Assembly (NCBI GenBank): GCA_021789895.1
Contig: JAJYIU010000012.1
Coordinates: 33,216 to 97,215, forward strand
Length of the DNA stretch: 64,000 nucleotides
Direction of reading: 5' to 3'
Source of the DNA: Acidobacteriota bacterium
Lineage (GTDB): Bacteria; Acidobacteriota; Terriglobia; Terriglobales; SCQP01
In this document: positions 34,853 through 46,687 of the stretch, piece by piece
Layout: each line of letters starts with the position of its first letter
How positions within the stretch are numbered: the first letter of the stretch is position 1
Translations under genes and position numbers: made by a program
Notes under the pieces: generated by a model
Told to the model about the DNA's origin: nothing
Databases searched by the model: none
What the model saw: only the letters and a program-made list of their open reading frames with translations

Positions 34853-37800
34853 ATGTCTTCCCTACCCGTACGCTTTAAACCCAGTGAAGTGATTTGCATC
34901 ACCAAGGATCCCGCGCTGACGCAGGAAATCAGCGGCAGCCTGGCGGGAGCGGCAGTCGCAGTGCGGGAATATGGCAGCATTCCGGCGGCGATGGCCGATT
35001 TGGAAAGATGTACGGCCTGCGATGCGGTGCTGCTGGACATGGAAGGCTTCGGCATCACGGAAGCCCGCAGCCTCTTTCGCCAAGCCGCGGCCCTGGCCTT
35101 GGCCGGCGACGATGCCCAGGGGGAAGCCGCCATGGCGGCCGGCGCTTGCGGCTACCTGTTGCGCCACCAGATCAGTTCGGCCACCGTGCCTTTGGCGCTA
35201 CGCCAGATTCAACCGCGGCAGCGCGATCTCATATCGGCGGGAGCAGAGCAGCGGCGCCTCGAAGAACATCAGCGGTACTACGGATTATTTCTCGACGCCA
35301 ACGACCTGATCTATTTCCGCGACCGCCAGGGCCGAGTGTTGGATTGGAATCAGGCCGGCGAACGCCTGACCGGATACTCGCGCCAGGAAATGCACGGCCG
35401 CGACCTGCTCGACATCGTCGTTCCGGAAGACCGCGAGCGGGCGCGGGAACTGCACGAACGCAAGCTGCAGGGCGAACCGGCGACGCGCTACCGCCTGGCC
35501 GTGCGCGCGAAAGACGGGCGGCGGGTGGAATTGGAAATCAATTCCCGCCCGATGATCGAACAAGGCAAAATCACCGGCGTGCACGGCATCGCGCGCGATA
35601 TCACCGAACAGGCGGCGGCGGAAAACCGCCGGCGCCTGCAGGCGGAGCAATTCGAGCGGCTGTTCGAGGAAATCCCGTTTGGCATGGCCATCCTGGATCT
35701 CGAAGGCGCAGTGCTGCGCGTCAATCCGGCGGCGGAGCGCCTGTTCGGCTACCGCTTCGCGGACCTGCAAGCGATGTCCATAGACCGCTTGACTCATCCC
35801 GACGATCTTGCTCTCTCGCAGGCGGCGCGGAAACGGATGGACGAGGGCGCGGAGAGCATCTCGCTGCGCAAGCGCTATCTGCGCGCCAATGGCGAGGCTT
35901 TCTGGGCCGACGTCTATGCCGCCCGCATCCACGACGAGCGCGGGCAGCCGCTCTATACCCTGGCGGTAGTGCAGGATGTCAGCGAAAGCCTGCGGGTGAC
36001 GGAGGCGCTGGAAGAAAGCGAAGCGCGCTACCGCACGATGGCGGAAAACGCGATCGTGGGCATGCTCAGCGTGGACGAGCAGGGCCGCATCCTGTTCGCC
36101 AATGCCGCGGTGGAAAAGATATTTGGCTACAGCCGCGAGGAACTGGCGGGACAAAGCCTGACCCTGCTGATGCCGCCGGATTTCCGGGCGCGTTTTCTCG
36201 CCGGCTTCCAGCGTTATCTCGAGAGCGGGCAGCGCCGGCTCGACTGGGAAACCGTCGTGACGCCCGGCTGGCATCGCGAGCAGCGCGAAATTCAACTGGA
36301 AATTTCCTTTACCGAAACCCGCCGCCAGGAGCGGCGGGAGTTTCAGGCCGTTCTGCGCGACGTAAGCGAGCACCACCGGGCGCTCAATTCGCTGCGCGAA
36401 AGCAAGCGCCGCTATTCCCAATTGGCGGAAACTATTCCTATCGGCATCATGGTCAGCGACCGCGCGCACATTTTGCACGAGGTCAACCGCAGCTTTTGCG
36501 AATTGCTGGGTTATCGCCCGGAGGAAATGCTCGGCCATCCTTTTTACGAGTTCACCCGCCCGGAAGACATTCCCGCCCATATCGCCCGGCATAACGATCT
36601 GCTGGCGGGGCGGATCGAATCCTATTCCCTGCAGAAACGCTATCTGGCCAAAAGCGGGCAGACCATCTGGACGGAGGCGCAAGGGCGGCTGATGCGGCTG
36701 GCCGGCGGACACGCGCCCAGCGACGAAAGCCTGTACGTTTTGACCACGGTGACGGATATCACCCAGCGCGTGCGGCTGCAGGAAAAGCTGGGTCGCGCCG
36801 AGCGGCTGGAAAGCGTCGGCCGCATGGCCGCCGGACTGGCGCACGATTTCAGCAATTACCTCACCATCATCAACGGCGCCGCGCGCCAGCTGCAGAATCA
36901 GACGCGCAGCCAGGGCGAACGCCGCGCCGGCGGGCGCGAACCGCTGGAACAGATCGTTTCCGCCGGCCAGCGCGCCGCCGCCTTGACCGAGCAGTTGCTG
37001 GCGATCGGGCGGCAGCAGCCTCCGCCCGCACCCGAGACGCTGGAGCTGAACGGCCTGATCCATCAACTGGCGCCGACGCTCGAAGCCCTGCTCGAGCCTT
37101 TGAAGATCGAGCTGAAAATCGAGCTGGCGCCGGCGGGGTTGTGGATTCGCACTCGCGCCACGCAGGTGGACCAGATCGTGCACAACCTGGCCCTGAATGC
37201 GCGGGCCGCCATGCCGCAGGGAGGGCGGCTGGAGATCGCCACCTGCGCCCTGCACAGCGACCGCCGGCTCTCCACCCTCACTTCCGAGCTGCCTGCCGGC
37301 GATTACGTCCGGCTGAGCGTGCGCGATACCGGCCAGGGCATGGATGAGGCCACCCTGGCGCACCTGTTCGAGCCTTTTTTCACGACCCGCACCCTCAAGG
37401 GCGGGACTGGGCTGGGATTGACCACGGTCTATAGCCTGGCGGAACAGAACAAAGCCGGGCTGCTGGTGGAAAGCCGGCCGGGGGAAGGCGCCGAATTTCA
37501 AATCCTGTGGCAGCAATGCGCAGCGCCCGTGCAAACGGACGCGCCCCCGCAGCGGCAACGGATCCTGGTGGTGGACGACGAGGAGGGCATGCGCTGGCTG
37601 ATGCGCTCGGTGCTGGAGCTGGCCGGCTACGATGTCATCGAAGCCGGCGGGCCGCTCGAAGCACTCGATTTACAGGCCAAAGGCGGGGCGGCGCCGGCGC
37701 TGGTGATCAGCGACGTGTTGATGCCGGAAATGACCGGTCCGGAGATGATCCAGCGGCTGCGGCCGCAGTGGCCCGGGGTGAAGACGATGCTGGTTTCCGC

Positions 37801-37912
37801 TTACAATTCCAACCTGCATGAGCCGGAACCGGGCGAGGAATTCGGCGAGCCGCTGCGCAAGCCCTTCAACCCGGAAGCGCTGCTGGAGCGCGTGCGCCGG
37901 ATACTCGAATAA
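34853..37912 (+). CDS. hybrid sensor histidine kinase: atypical N-terminal receiver-like domain, four PAS domains, HisKA, HATPase_c, and a C-terminal receiver
   Basis: Four PAS-like units, each ending in D(I/V)(T/S)(E/Q). H-box AAGLAHDFSNYLTII. ATPase G-boxes VRDTGQGMD and GTGLGLTTV. C-terminal receiver ILVVDDEE...VISDVLMPEMTG. Confidence 0.9.
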   Translation: MSSLPVRFKPSEVICITKDPALTQEISGSLAGAAVAVREYGSIPAAMADLERCTACDAVLLDMEGFGITEARSLFRQAAALALAGDDAQGEAAMAAGACGYLLRHQISSATVPLALRQIQPRQRDLISAGAEQRRLEEHQRYYGLFLDANDLIYFRDRQGRVLDWNQAGERLTGYSRQEMHGRDLLDIVVPEDRERARELHERKLQGEPATRYRLAVRAKDGRRVELEINSRPMIEQGKITGVHGIARDITEQAAAENRRRLQAEQFERLFEEIPFGMAILDLEGAVLRVNPAAERLFGYRFADLQAMSIDRLTHPDDLALSQAARKRMDEGAESISLRKRYLRANGEAFWADVYAARIHDERGQPLYTLAVVQDVSESLRVTEALEESEARYRTMAENAIVGMLSVDEQGRILFANAAVEKIFGYSREELAGQSLTLLMPPDFRARFLAGFQRYLESGQRRLDWETVVTPGWHREQREIQLEISFTETRRQERREFQAVLRDVSEHHRALNSLRESKRRYSQLAETIPIGIMVSDRAHILHEVNRSFCELLGYRPEEMLGHPFYEFTRPEDIPAHIARHNDLLAGRIESYSLQKRYLAKSGQTIWTEAQGRLMRLAGGHAPSDESLYVLTTVTDITQRVRLQEKLGRAERLESVGRMAAGLAHDFSNYLTIINGAARQLQNQTRSQGERRAGGREPLEQIVSAGQRAAALTEQLLAIGRQQPPPAPETLELNGLIHQLAPTLEALLEPLKIELKIELAPAGLWIRTRATQVDQIVHNLALNARAAMPQGGRLEIATCALHSDRRLSTLTSELPAGDYVRLSVRDTGQGMDEATLAHLFEPFFTTRTLKGGTGLGLTTVYSLAEQNKAGLLVESRPGEGAEFQILWQQCAAPVQTDAPPQRQRILVVDDEEGMRWLMRSVLELAGYDVIEAGGPLEALDLQAKGGAAPALVISDVLMPEMTGPEMIQRLRPQWPGVKTMLVSAYNSNLHEPEPGEEFGEPLRKPFNPEALLERVRRILE

Positions 37913-37974
37913 GCGGAATCCAAGGTCAGCCGGGGAGCCGGCCGTTGGCGGTTCCCGCGAGGCCGGAAACTGCT

Positions 37975-40380
<2,406 letters not shown>

Positions 40381-40412
40381 GAGAACAACTTGGGCGCGCT
40401 GGGTATGTGCTG

Positions 40413-40441
40413 AGTATGCTCAGGAAATTTGATAATGTCAA
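40413..40441 (-). promoter_or_regulatory. candidate sigma-70 promoter of lon
   Basis: On the minus strand: TTGACA (40441-40436, overlapping the pheA stop), a 17-nt spacer, then CATACT (40418-40413), about 33 nt upstream of ATG 40380. Confidence 0.4.
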
Positions 40442-41280
40442 GCTAAGGTTTTATTGGAGGTGCGGTAGCAACCAAGGATCTTAAGCGAATCCGATATCTC
40501 TTCCAGATGCCGTAGCGCATTCCGGGTGGTCTTTTGCCGGAGGTTACCGCGAAAGTCAACGTAAAAGCTGTATTCCCAGGGACGGCCGGGGATGGGGCGG
40601 GATTCGATGCGGGTCAAATCGATATCGCGCAAGGCAAAAACCGCCAAACATTTAAACAGGGCGCCGGGCTGGTTAGGGGCGAGAAAGACGATGGAGATTT
40701 TGTTGGCCTCCGGTGGCGCGGCCAGGGAGGAGGCGGCGCCGCCGGCGCGATTGAGCAGGAAGAAGCGGGTGTAATTCTGTTGATTGTCTTCGATGCCAGT
40801 CGCCAGCAGGCGGGCGCCATACACCTGGGCGGCGCGGCGGCCGGCAATGGCGGCGGCATCCTGGGCGCCCGCTTCCATCAGGTGCTTCACGCTGCCGGCG
40901 GTATCGTAAAACGGCACCGGCTGCCAGCGCCGGTGGCGCTGCAGAAAGCGCCGGCACTGCTGCAAGGCGACCGGATGCGACAAGACGCGGCGGATCTGGT
41001 TGAGGCCGACTCCAGGCGGTGCGATCAGGTTGTGCTCGATCCGGATCTGCACCTCGCCCACGATGCGCACCGGCTGCAGCCGCAGCAGATCGTAGCTTTC
41101 GCTGACCGCACCGGCGAGGCTGTTTTCAATCGGGATCAGCGCCCGCCCGGCGCGCCCGGCGGTGAGGCGGTCAAAGGCATCGGCAAAGGTGGCGCAGGGC
41201 AGGATTTGGGCGCGGGGAAAGAGGCGGAGAGCGGCTTCCTCGCTGAAGGATCCGGTTTCGCCCTGGATCGCAATACGCAT
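40438..41280 (-). CDS. pheA: prephenate dehydratase
   Basis: MRIAIQGETGSFSEEAA, a TRF motif (NYTRFFLL), an ACT domain, and ESRPIPGRPWEYSFYVD. Confidence 0.92.
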   Translation of the reverse strand: MRIAIQGETGSFSEEAALRLFPRAQILPCATFADAFDRLTAGRAGRALIPIENSLAGAVSESYDLLRLQPVRIVGEVQIRIEHNLIAPPGVGLNQIRRVLSHPVALQQCRRFLQRHRRWQPVPFYDTAGSVKHLMEAGAQDAAAIAGRRAAQVYGARLLATGIEDNQQNYTRFFLLNRAGGAASSLAAPPEANKISIVFLAPNQPGALFKCLAVFALRDIDLTRIESRPIPGRPWEYSFYVDFRGNLRQKTTRNALRHLEEISDSLKILGCYRTSNKTLA

Positions 41281-41390
41281 AGACAGGATGATAGCAGTAG
41301 TGCCGAAGGACGGGCGGAGCGCCGCACGATCAGCGGCAGCCGCGAAGCAGGCCCCATGGCCGGAGGGCCGGTCGGATACGTAGGCGGGCT

Positions 41391-42632
41391 TTAGCTTTTT
41401 TGCTTGAGGCGGTAAGGGTGATCCAGATAGCGTTGGGCGGCGGCGGCGGCGGGGCTGGAGCCGAGCGCAAGGCAGGCCCGGTAAGCGGAGAGGGCGGCAT
41501 TGCGGTTGCCCAGCATGTCTTGCATCTGGCCGGCAGCCAACTCGGCGGCCTGGCGGTAGCGTAGCTCCGCATGGGGAGCTTGCGCCGCATGGCGGTAATC
41601 GGCCAGCGCCGCGCCCCAGCGCGAGTACAGGCGGTCAATGCCGCCCAGATCGTACCAGACCTTATCGAGCGGGGCTTTCTCATAACCGGGGGCATGAGCG
41701 GCGGCGCGGGCCAGGATGGCTTGGTATTCCTGCCGCGCCTGATTGTGCAAGCCGGCGGCTTCCGAGGCCTCCGCCAGTTCGACGGCAAACAGCACATTGC
41801 GCGGATAGTGCTGCCGCAGCCAGCGCAGCAGCGGTACGGCTTGGCGATTCGATCCCTGCCGGCGGTAGATGACGGACAGCAGCACGCGGGCGTCGCTGCG
41901 CGCATTTTCGCCGTGAGCCATGACATCTTTGATCTCGGCGATACCCTTTTTTTTGCTGCCGCCGTAGCCGACAAAGTGAGCCACCAGCTTGACCGTCCAG
42001 GGCAGGCTGCCGGCGACGTACTGCTGCACGCCCAGAATCAGCCGCGGATCGACGAATTGAGGGTCGTATTTCTCCGCCAGGGAGGCCTGCCGGCGCGCGC
42101 GCAGGGCGTCGTGCAGGGCGGCGAAGTAGGCCTTTCGCAGCACGAAATCGTAGGTGCCGCGCTGCGCCCAGGCCACCGCGGCGTTATAGCGCGCATGCGC
42201 ATCGTGGGGATGGTGGGCCAGCACCTGCTGCGCCAGCAGCAGGGCGTGCCGGTTGTCATGCAGGATCGCCTGCATCGCCGCCGGGTTGGGCGGCGGCAGT
42301 TTCTGTTTCAGAAACGGGTTGCCGTGCCCATAGAGCTGGCTTTCAAGCGCTCCGATGCGGTACATCTCCATGTAAAGCCGGGTTTGGACGATATGGTTAT
42401 AAACCGCCGCGCTCCAGGGGCGGCGTTTCGCGAGCTCTTGAAAATCCTGGAGCGCCCGGCCATATTCCAGGTTGAAAAAATGCCAGAAACCCTTTTGTTC
42501 GAGCTGGCTGGGCAGCAGCTGGGCGAGCGGAGGCGGTGCGGGCGGCGAAGCAGCGGCCAAGGCAACGGCGCATAGCCCTGCCAGCAGGCCGCCAAGCGCG
42601 CACCGATACCATTTTAAGACCACTGCATTCAT
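41391..42632 (-). CDS. secreted helical-repeat (TPR-like) protein, hypothetical
   Basis: A signal peptide (LLAGLCAVALAAAS) followed by an Ala/Tyr/Leu-rich repeat helix pattern. No catalytic motif. Confidence 0.6.
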   Translation of the reverse strand: MNAVVLKWYRCALGGLLAGLCAVALAAASPPAPPPLAQLLPSQLEQKGFWHFFNLEYGRALQDFQELAKRRPWSAAVYNHIVQTRLYMEMYRIGALESQLYGHGNPFLKQKLPPPNPAAMQAILHDNRHALLLAQQVLAHHPHDAHARYNAAVAWAQRGTYDFVLRKAYFAALHDALRARRQASLAEKYDPQFVDPRLILGVQQYVAGSLPWTVKLVAHFVGYGGSKKKGIAEIKDVMAHGENARSDARVLLSVIYRRQGSNRQAVPLLRWLRQHYPRNVLFAVELAEASEAAGLHNQARQEYQAILARAAAHAPGYEKAPLDKVWYDLGGIDRLYSRWGAALADYRHAAQAPHAELRYRQAAELAAGQMQDMLGNRNAALSAYRACLALGSSPAAAAAQRYLDHPYRLKQKS

Positions 42633-42703
42633 TGTATCTTTAGCGCGGCCGGCCCAAAGTCCGTCCCGGCGGGCGCGCCGGCTCGGACGCCCGCTTGCCG
42701 CGG

Positions 42704-42731
42704 TTGCGAGGGCGACGTTATGATATAGAAT
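42704..42731 (+). promoter_or_regulatory. candidate sigma-70 promoter of hppA
   Basis: TTGCGA (42704-42709), a 16-nt spacer, then TAGAAT (42726-42731), about 90 nt upstream of ATG 42821. Confidence 0.3.
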
Positions 42732-42820
42732 TCATGCGGCCTGGAGTCCTGCCAGGCAGAGTCTCTTTGCGGTTTGGGAACGCCTCCCTGCCTGCACGAA
42801 AGAACAAAAGGAGAGGGAAA

Positions 42821-45358
42821 ATGAATTCTGAATTGGAGTTGACGCCTTCGTGTCCGCGCGGCAGGCGGGGGTGGAGTGGGAGCCTGACCGCGGCGGCATT
42901 GGCGCTGGCCGCCAGCGCCCGCGCAGCGGCGCAGACCGTGGCGGCGGGGGCGGCGCACGCCGTGCCGCCGGCGGCCACGCCCGCCGGCTCGCCCCCGGCC
43001 GGGGAAGCCAATCTCAAGCTGCCGTCGCTCGCCCAGGTCAAGTTCCTGGGCATGAACGGCCATCACCTGCTGCTCTATGGGCTGATTTTCTGCGGGCTCG
43101 GGCTGCTGTTCGGCCTGGCGATGTACACCCGGTTGAAAAACCTGCCGGTACACCGCAGCATGGCCGACATCTCGCAACTGATCTGGGAAACCTGCAAAAC
43201 CTACCTGGTGCAGCAGGGCAAATTCCTGCTGCTGTTGTGGGCATTCATCGCCGTCATCATCATTCTTTACTTCGGCGTGCTGTCGCACTATCCCGCCGGG
43301 CGGGTGGCGATCATTCTGGCCTTCAGCGTGTTCGGCATCGCCGGCAGCTACCTGGTGGCGTGGTTCGGCATACGGGTCAACACCTTCGCCAACTCGCGCA
43401 CCGCCTTCGCCGCGTTGGAAGGCAAGCCGTATCCGGTGTACCGCATACCGGTGCGCGCCGGCATGAGCGTGGGCATGATGTTGATCTCGGTCGAGCTGCT
43501 GATGATGCTGTTCATCCTGCTGTTCGTTCCGGGCGCGTATGCAGGGCCGTGTTTTATCGGCTTCGCCATCGGCGAATCGCTGGGAGCGGCGGCGCTGCGC
43601 ATCGCGGGCGGCATTTTCACCAAGATTGCCGATATCGGCGCCGACCTGATGAAAATCGTCTTCAAGATCAAGGAAGATGATGCCCGCAACCCCGGCGTGA
43701 TCGCCGATTGCACCGGCGACAACGCCGGCGACTCGGTCGGCCCCAGCGCCGACGGCTTCGAGACCTACGGCGTCACCGGGGTGGCGCTGATCGCTTTCAT
43801 CCTGCTGGGGGTGCACAGCGCCGCGGTCAAAGTCGAGTTGCTGGTCTGGATTTTCGTGATCCGCATCGTGATGCTGGTCGCCGCGGCGGCGGCCTATTAC
43901 CTCAACGCCGTCGTCACCCGCGCCCGCTACGGGCAGGCGCAGCAGATGAGCTTCGAGGCGCCGCTGACCTCGCTGGTCTGGCTCACCTCGCTGATCTCCA
44001 TCGGCCTGACCTACCTCAGCTCCTGGCTGATCATTCCCAACGCCGGCAACGATCCGACCCTCTGGTGGAAGCTCTCGACCATCGTTTCCTGCGGCACCCT
44101 GGCGGGCGCGCTGATCCCCGAGCTGGTCAAGGTCTTCACTTCAACCGAAGCGCGCCACGTCAAGGAAGTGGTCACCTCCGCGCGCGAAGGCGGCGCCTCG
44201 CTGGACATCCTCTCCGGCTTCGTTTCCGGCAACTTCTCCAGCTATTATCTCGGGCTGACGATGGTGGCGCTGATGGCGATCGGCTCCTGGGTCAGCCTGC
44301 ACGGCCTGGGCAAGGTCATGCTGGCTGCGCCGGTCTTCGCCTTCGGCCTGGTCGCTTTCGGCTTTCTGGGCATGGGCCCGGTCACGATCGCGGTGGATTC
44401 CTACGGTCCGGTGGCCGACAACGCACAGTCGGTGTACGAGTTGTCGCTGATCGAGCACGTGCCCAACGTGCGGGAGGAAATCAAACGCGACTTCAACATT
44501 GACCTCAATTTCGAGCAGGCCAAAGAGATGCTCGAAGCCAACGACGGCGCGGGCAACACCTTCAAGGCCACCGCCAAGCCGGTGCTGATCGGCACCGCCG
44601 TGGTGGGCGCCACCACTATGATTTTCGCCACCATCATGGCCCTCACCGACGGGCTGACGGTCCACAAGGACAAGCTCTCGCTGCTGCACGCTCCGTTCGT
44701 GCTCGGACTGATTACCGGCGGCGCGGTGATTTACTGGTTCACCGGAGCTTCCACCCAGGCGGTGACCACCGGCGCCTATCGCGCGGTGGAGTTCATCAAG
44801 GCCAACATCCGGCTGGAAGGCGTGGAGAAGGCTTCGACCGCGGACAGCAAAAAGGTGGTCGGCATCTGCACCCAGTACGCGCAACGCGGGATGCTGAACA
44901 TCTTCATCGCCGTCTTCTTCATCACCCTGGCCTTCTCTTTCCTCGATCCCTTCTACTTCATCGGCTACCTGATCTCGATCGCCACGTTCGGGCTCTATCA
45001 AGCCATCTTCATGGCCAACGCCGGCGGGGCCTGGGACAACGCCAAAAAGATCGTGGAAGTCGAGTTGAAGGAAAAAGGCACTCCACTGCACGACGCCACC
45101 GTGGTCGGCGACACCGTCGGCGACCCGTTCAAAGACACCTCTTCGGTGGCGCTGAACCCGATCATCAAATTCACGACGCTGTTCGGACTGCTGGCGGTGG
45201 AGCTGGCGGTGCGGCTGAACGCCACCAGCGGTCCCACCCTGACGCACGCGCTGGCGGCGGTGTTTTTCGCGGTCTCGTCGTTTTTTATCTACCGCTCGTT
45301 TTACGGCATGCGCATCCGCCGCGAGAAGGAGAAGGCGCCGCGCGGGCAAGCTGCCTGA
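42821..45358 (+). CDS. hppA: membrane-bound proton/sodium-translocating pyrophosphatase
   Basis: ATG 42821 follows AAAGGAGAGGG. Signature motifs: GGIFTKIADIGADL, NPGVIADCTGDNAGDSVGPSADGFETY and DTVGDPFKDT. Confidence 0.95.
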   Translation: MNSELELTPSCPRGRRGWSGSLTAAALALAASARAAAQTVAAGAAHAVPPAATPAGSPPAGEANLKLPSLAQVKFLGMNGHHLLLYGLIFCGLGLLFGLAMYTRLKNLPVHRSMADISQLIWETCKTYLVQQGKFLLLLWAFIAVIIILYFGVLSHYPAGRVAIILAFSVFGIAGSYLVAWFGIRVNTFANSRTAFAALEGKPYPVYRIPVRAGMSVGMMLISVELLMMLFILLFVPGAYAGPCFIGFAIGESLGAAALRIAGGIFTKIADIGADLMKIVFKIKEDDARNPGVIADCTGDNAGDSVGPSADGFETYGVTGVALIAFILLGVHSAAVKVELLVWIFVIRIVMLVAAAAAYYLNAVVTRARYGQAQQMSFEAPLTSLVWLTSLISIGLTYLSSWLIIPNAGNDPTLWWKLSTIVSCGTLAGALIPELVKVFTSTEARHVKEVVTSAREGGASLDILSGFVSGNFSSYYLGLTMVALMAIGSWVSLHGLGKVMLAAPVFAFGLVAFGFLGMGPVTIAVDSYGPVADNAQSVYELSLIEHVPNVREEIKRDFNIDLNFEQAKEMLEANDGAGNTFKATAKPVLIGTAVVGATTMIFATIMALTDGLTVHKDKLSLLHAPFVLGLITGGAVIYWFTGASTQAVTTGAYRAVEFIKANIRLEGVEKASTADSKKVVGICTQYAQRGMLNIFIAVFFITLAFSFLDPFYFIGYLISIATFGLYQAIFMANAGGAWDNAKKIVEVELKEKGTPLHDATVVGDTVGDPFKDTSSVALNPIIKFTTLFGLLAVELAVRLNATSGPTLTHALAAVFFAVSSFFIYRSFYGMRIRREKEKAPRGQAA

Positions 45359-45381
45359 TTCTCCGCCGCGCCGCGGGCCCG

Positions 45382-45807
45382 CTAGGACGACGGCGGTTGG
45401 ATTCCGCCGCGGCGCAGGCGGGAGCGAAGCTGCTTGGCCAACTGCTCGATCTTCTCCACCTTTTTCAGCGCCTGGACGGGCAGGACGTTGGCGCTGGAAT
45501 GCGCCAGCATGAGCTGCAACTGGCGTGAAAGCGCGAGCAGTTGCGCGCTTTCCTGCCGGATCTTGCGGGCGTTGATTTGCGCCTGCTGGTAGCGCATGCG
45601 GGCCTGCATCGCCGCGGGCAGGCTGGAGGGCGTATCCATCATCAGGGGCGGATAAAGCGAGGGCGATCCGGCGGGAGGATGATGCGCCGGCGGCGTCTGC
45701 TGGGATTGCGGGCCTTGCTGCGCGGCGGCGGCGCCGGCCAGCAGCAGGACCGCCAGCAGCCCCCAGGCCAGGCGCGGTTGGAGGCGGAATCGGCGGCGTA
45801 GAGACAT
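45382..45807 (-). CDS. small secreted protein, hypothetical (paralog A)
   Basis: ATG 45807 follows GGGAGGGA. Signal peptide LAWGLLAVLLLAGAAAAQQ. The C-terminal helical region is shared with the adjacent gene. Confidence 0.65.
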   Translation of the reverse strand: MSLRRRFRLQPRLAWGLLAVLLLAGAAAAQQGPQSQQTPPAHHPPAGSPSLYPPLMMDTPSSLPAAMQARMRYQQAQINARKIRQESAQLLALSRQLQLMLAHSSANVLPVQALKKVEKIEQLAKQLRSRLRRGGIQPPSS

Positions 45808-45837
45808 CGTTCCCTCCCAATCTGACCGGACCGCGCC

Positions 45838-46233
45838 TTAACGCCCGCCATCGCGTAAACGATCGCGGATCTTATGCGCCAATTTCTCAATCGCCGCCAA
45901 CTGTTTGAGCACGGCGGCCGGCAGCACGCCGTTGCCGGCGCGCGCCAATTGCTTCTGCACTTGTTCAGAAAGCCGCAGCAGTTGCCGGGTTTCCTGGCGA
46001 ATCTTGGCCTGGTTGCGCCTGGCGCGCTGGCGGGCCATGCGGTCGAGCATGGATTGCGGCAGGCGGCTTTGCCCGAAGGTGACATGCATCGGCGGCAACA
46101 GCGTGGGCGGGCCGGATTGCTGGCTCACCGCCGCCAGGGCGAGCAGCAACACCGCCAGCGGCAGGACGCCGGCTGCGCGCGCGCGGCGGCATTCGGCCGG
46201 GCGCGTCTGCGCGTGTTCGCGCCGGCGGTTCAA
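45838..46233 (-). CDS. small secreted protein, hypothetical (paralog B)
   Basis: A TTG start overlaps the DUF302 stop (TTGA), with GGAGG 11 nt upstream. Signal-like VLPLAVLLLALAAVSQQ. The C-terminal region aligns with paralog A. Confidence 0.6.
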   Translation of the reverse strand: MNRRREHAQTRPAECRRARAAGVLPLAVLLLALAAVSQQSGPPTLLPPMHVTFGQSRLPQSMLDRMARQRARRNQAKIRQETRQLLRLSEQVQKQLARAGNGVLPAAVLKQLAAIEKLAHKIRDRLRDGGR

Positions 46234-46625
46234 GCTTGCGCCGCCTCCGCCAGCATCGCTTCCAATTGGACCTCGATTTCGCGCGCCTGGGGCAGCAGTG
46301 CTGGCTCGAAATAAGCGACCAGGGCGGTGGGGCGTAGCATCACCAGCCGCAGGCGTCCTTCGCCCTCGACCAGCGCAATCCGGCAGGGGAGCACCGCAGC
46401 GACCAACGGCTGGCGCTGGAGCACTGCCGCCGCCACTTGCGGTTTGCAGACGTCATAGACGCGCGCCGCGGCGGCGTAGGCAACGCCCTTGTCGGCCAGC
46501 TTTTGCCGCAGGTCGGTGGTATTGATCACCCCAAACCCGCGGCCCTGGGCCGCGCGCCGCAGCGCCGCGTCGAGCGCCTCGGGATCGCGCCCGCGGCATT
46601 CCAGTTGCAAAACCGCCTGATCCAT
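46230..46625 (-). CDS. DUF302 domain protein
   Basis: 131 aa. GFGVINTTDLRQKLADKG...VYDVCKP...LPCRIAL resembles DUF302. Confidence 0.7.
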   Translation of the reverse strand: MDQAVLQLECRGRDPEALDAALRRAAQGRGFGVINTTDLRQKLADKGVAYAAAARVYDVCKPQVAAAVLQRQPLVAAVLPCRIALVEGEGRLRLVMLRPTALVAYFEPALLPQAREIEVQLEAMLAEAAQA

Positions 46626-46687
46626 AGCTAAGCCTCGCCTCTGGCCTTATTTTACGCCGCGGCAGGAGGGCCAAGGGCATGCGTATG

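Noticed and set aside
35285-37558. 757-aa ORF on the minus strand
   Set aside because: It is antisense to the histidine kinase, whose frame carries clear PAS/HisKA/HATPase/REC motifs. The product is Arg/Gly/Ala/Gln-rich low complexity, as is typical of shadow ORFs in high-GC DNA.
42629-43816. 395-aa minus-strand ORF
   Set aside because: It is antisense to the 5' part of hppA and its leader. It is a shadow ORF.
44141-45820. 559-aa minus-strand ORF
   Set aside because: It is antisense to the pyrophosphatase gene and runs in a different frame through the small secreted-protein gene. The sequence is low complexity.
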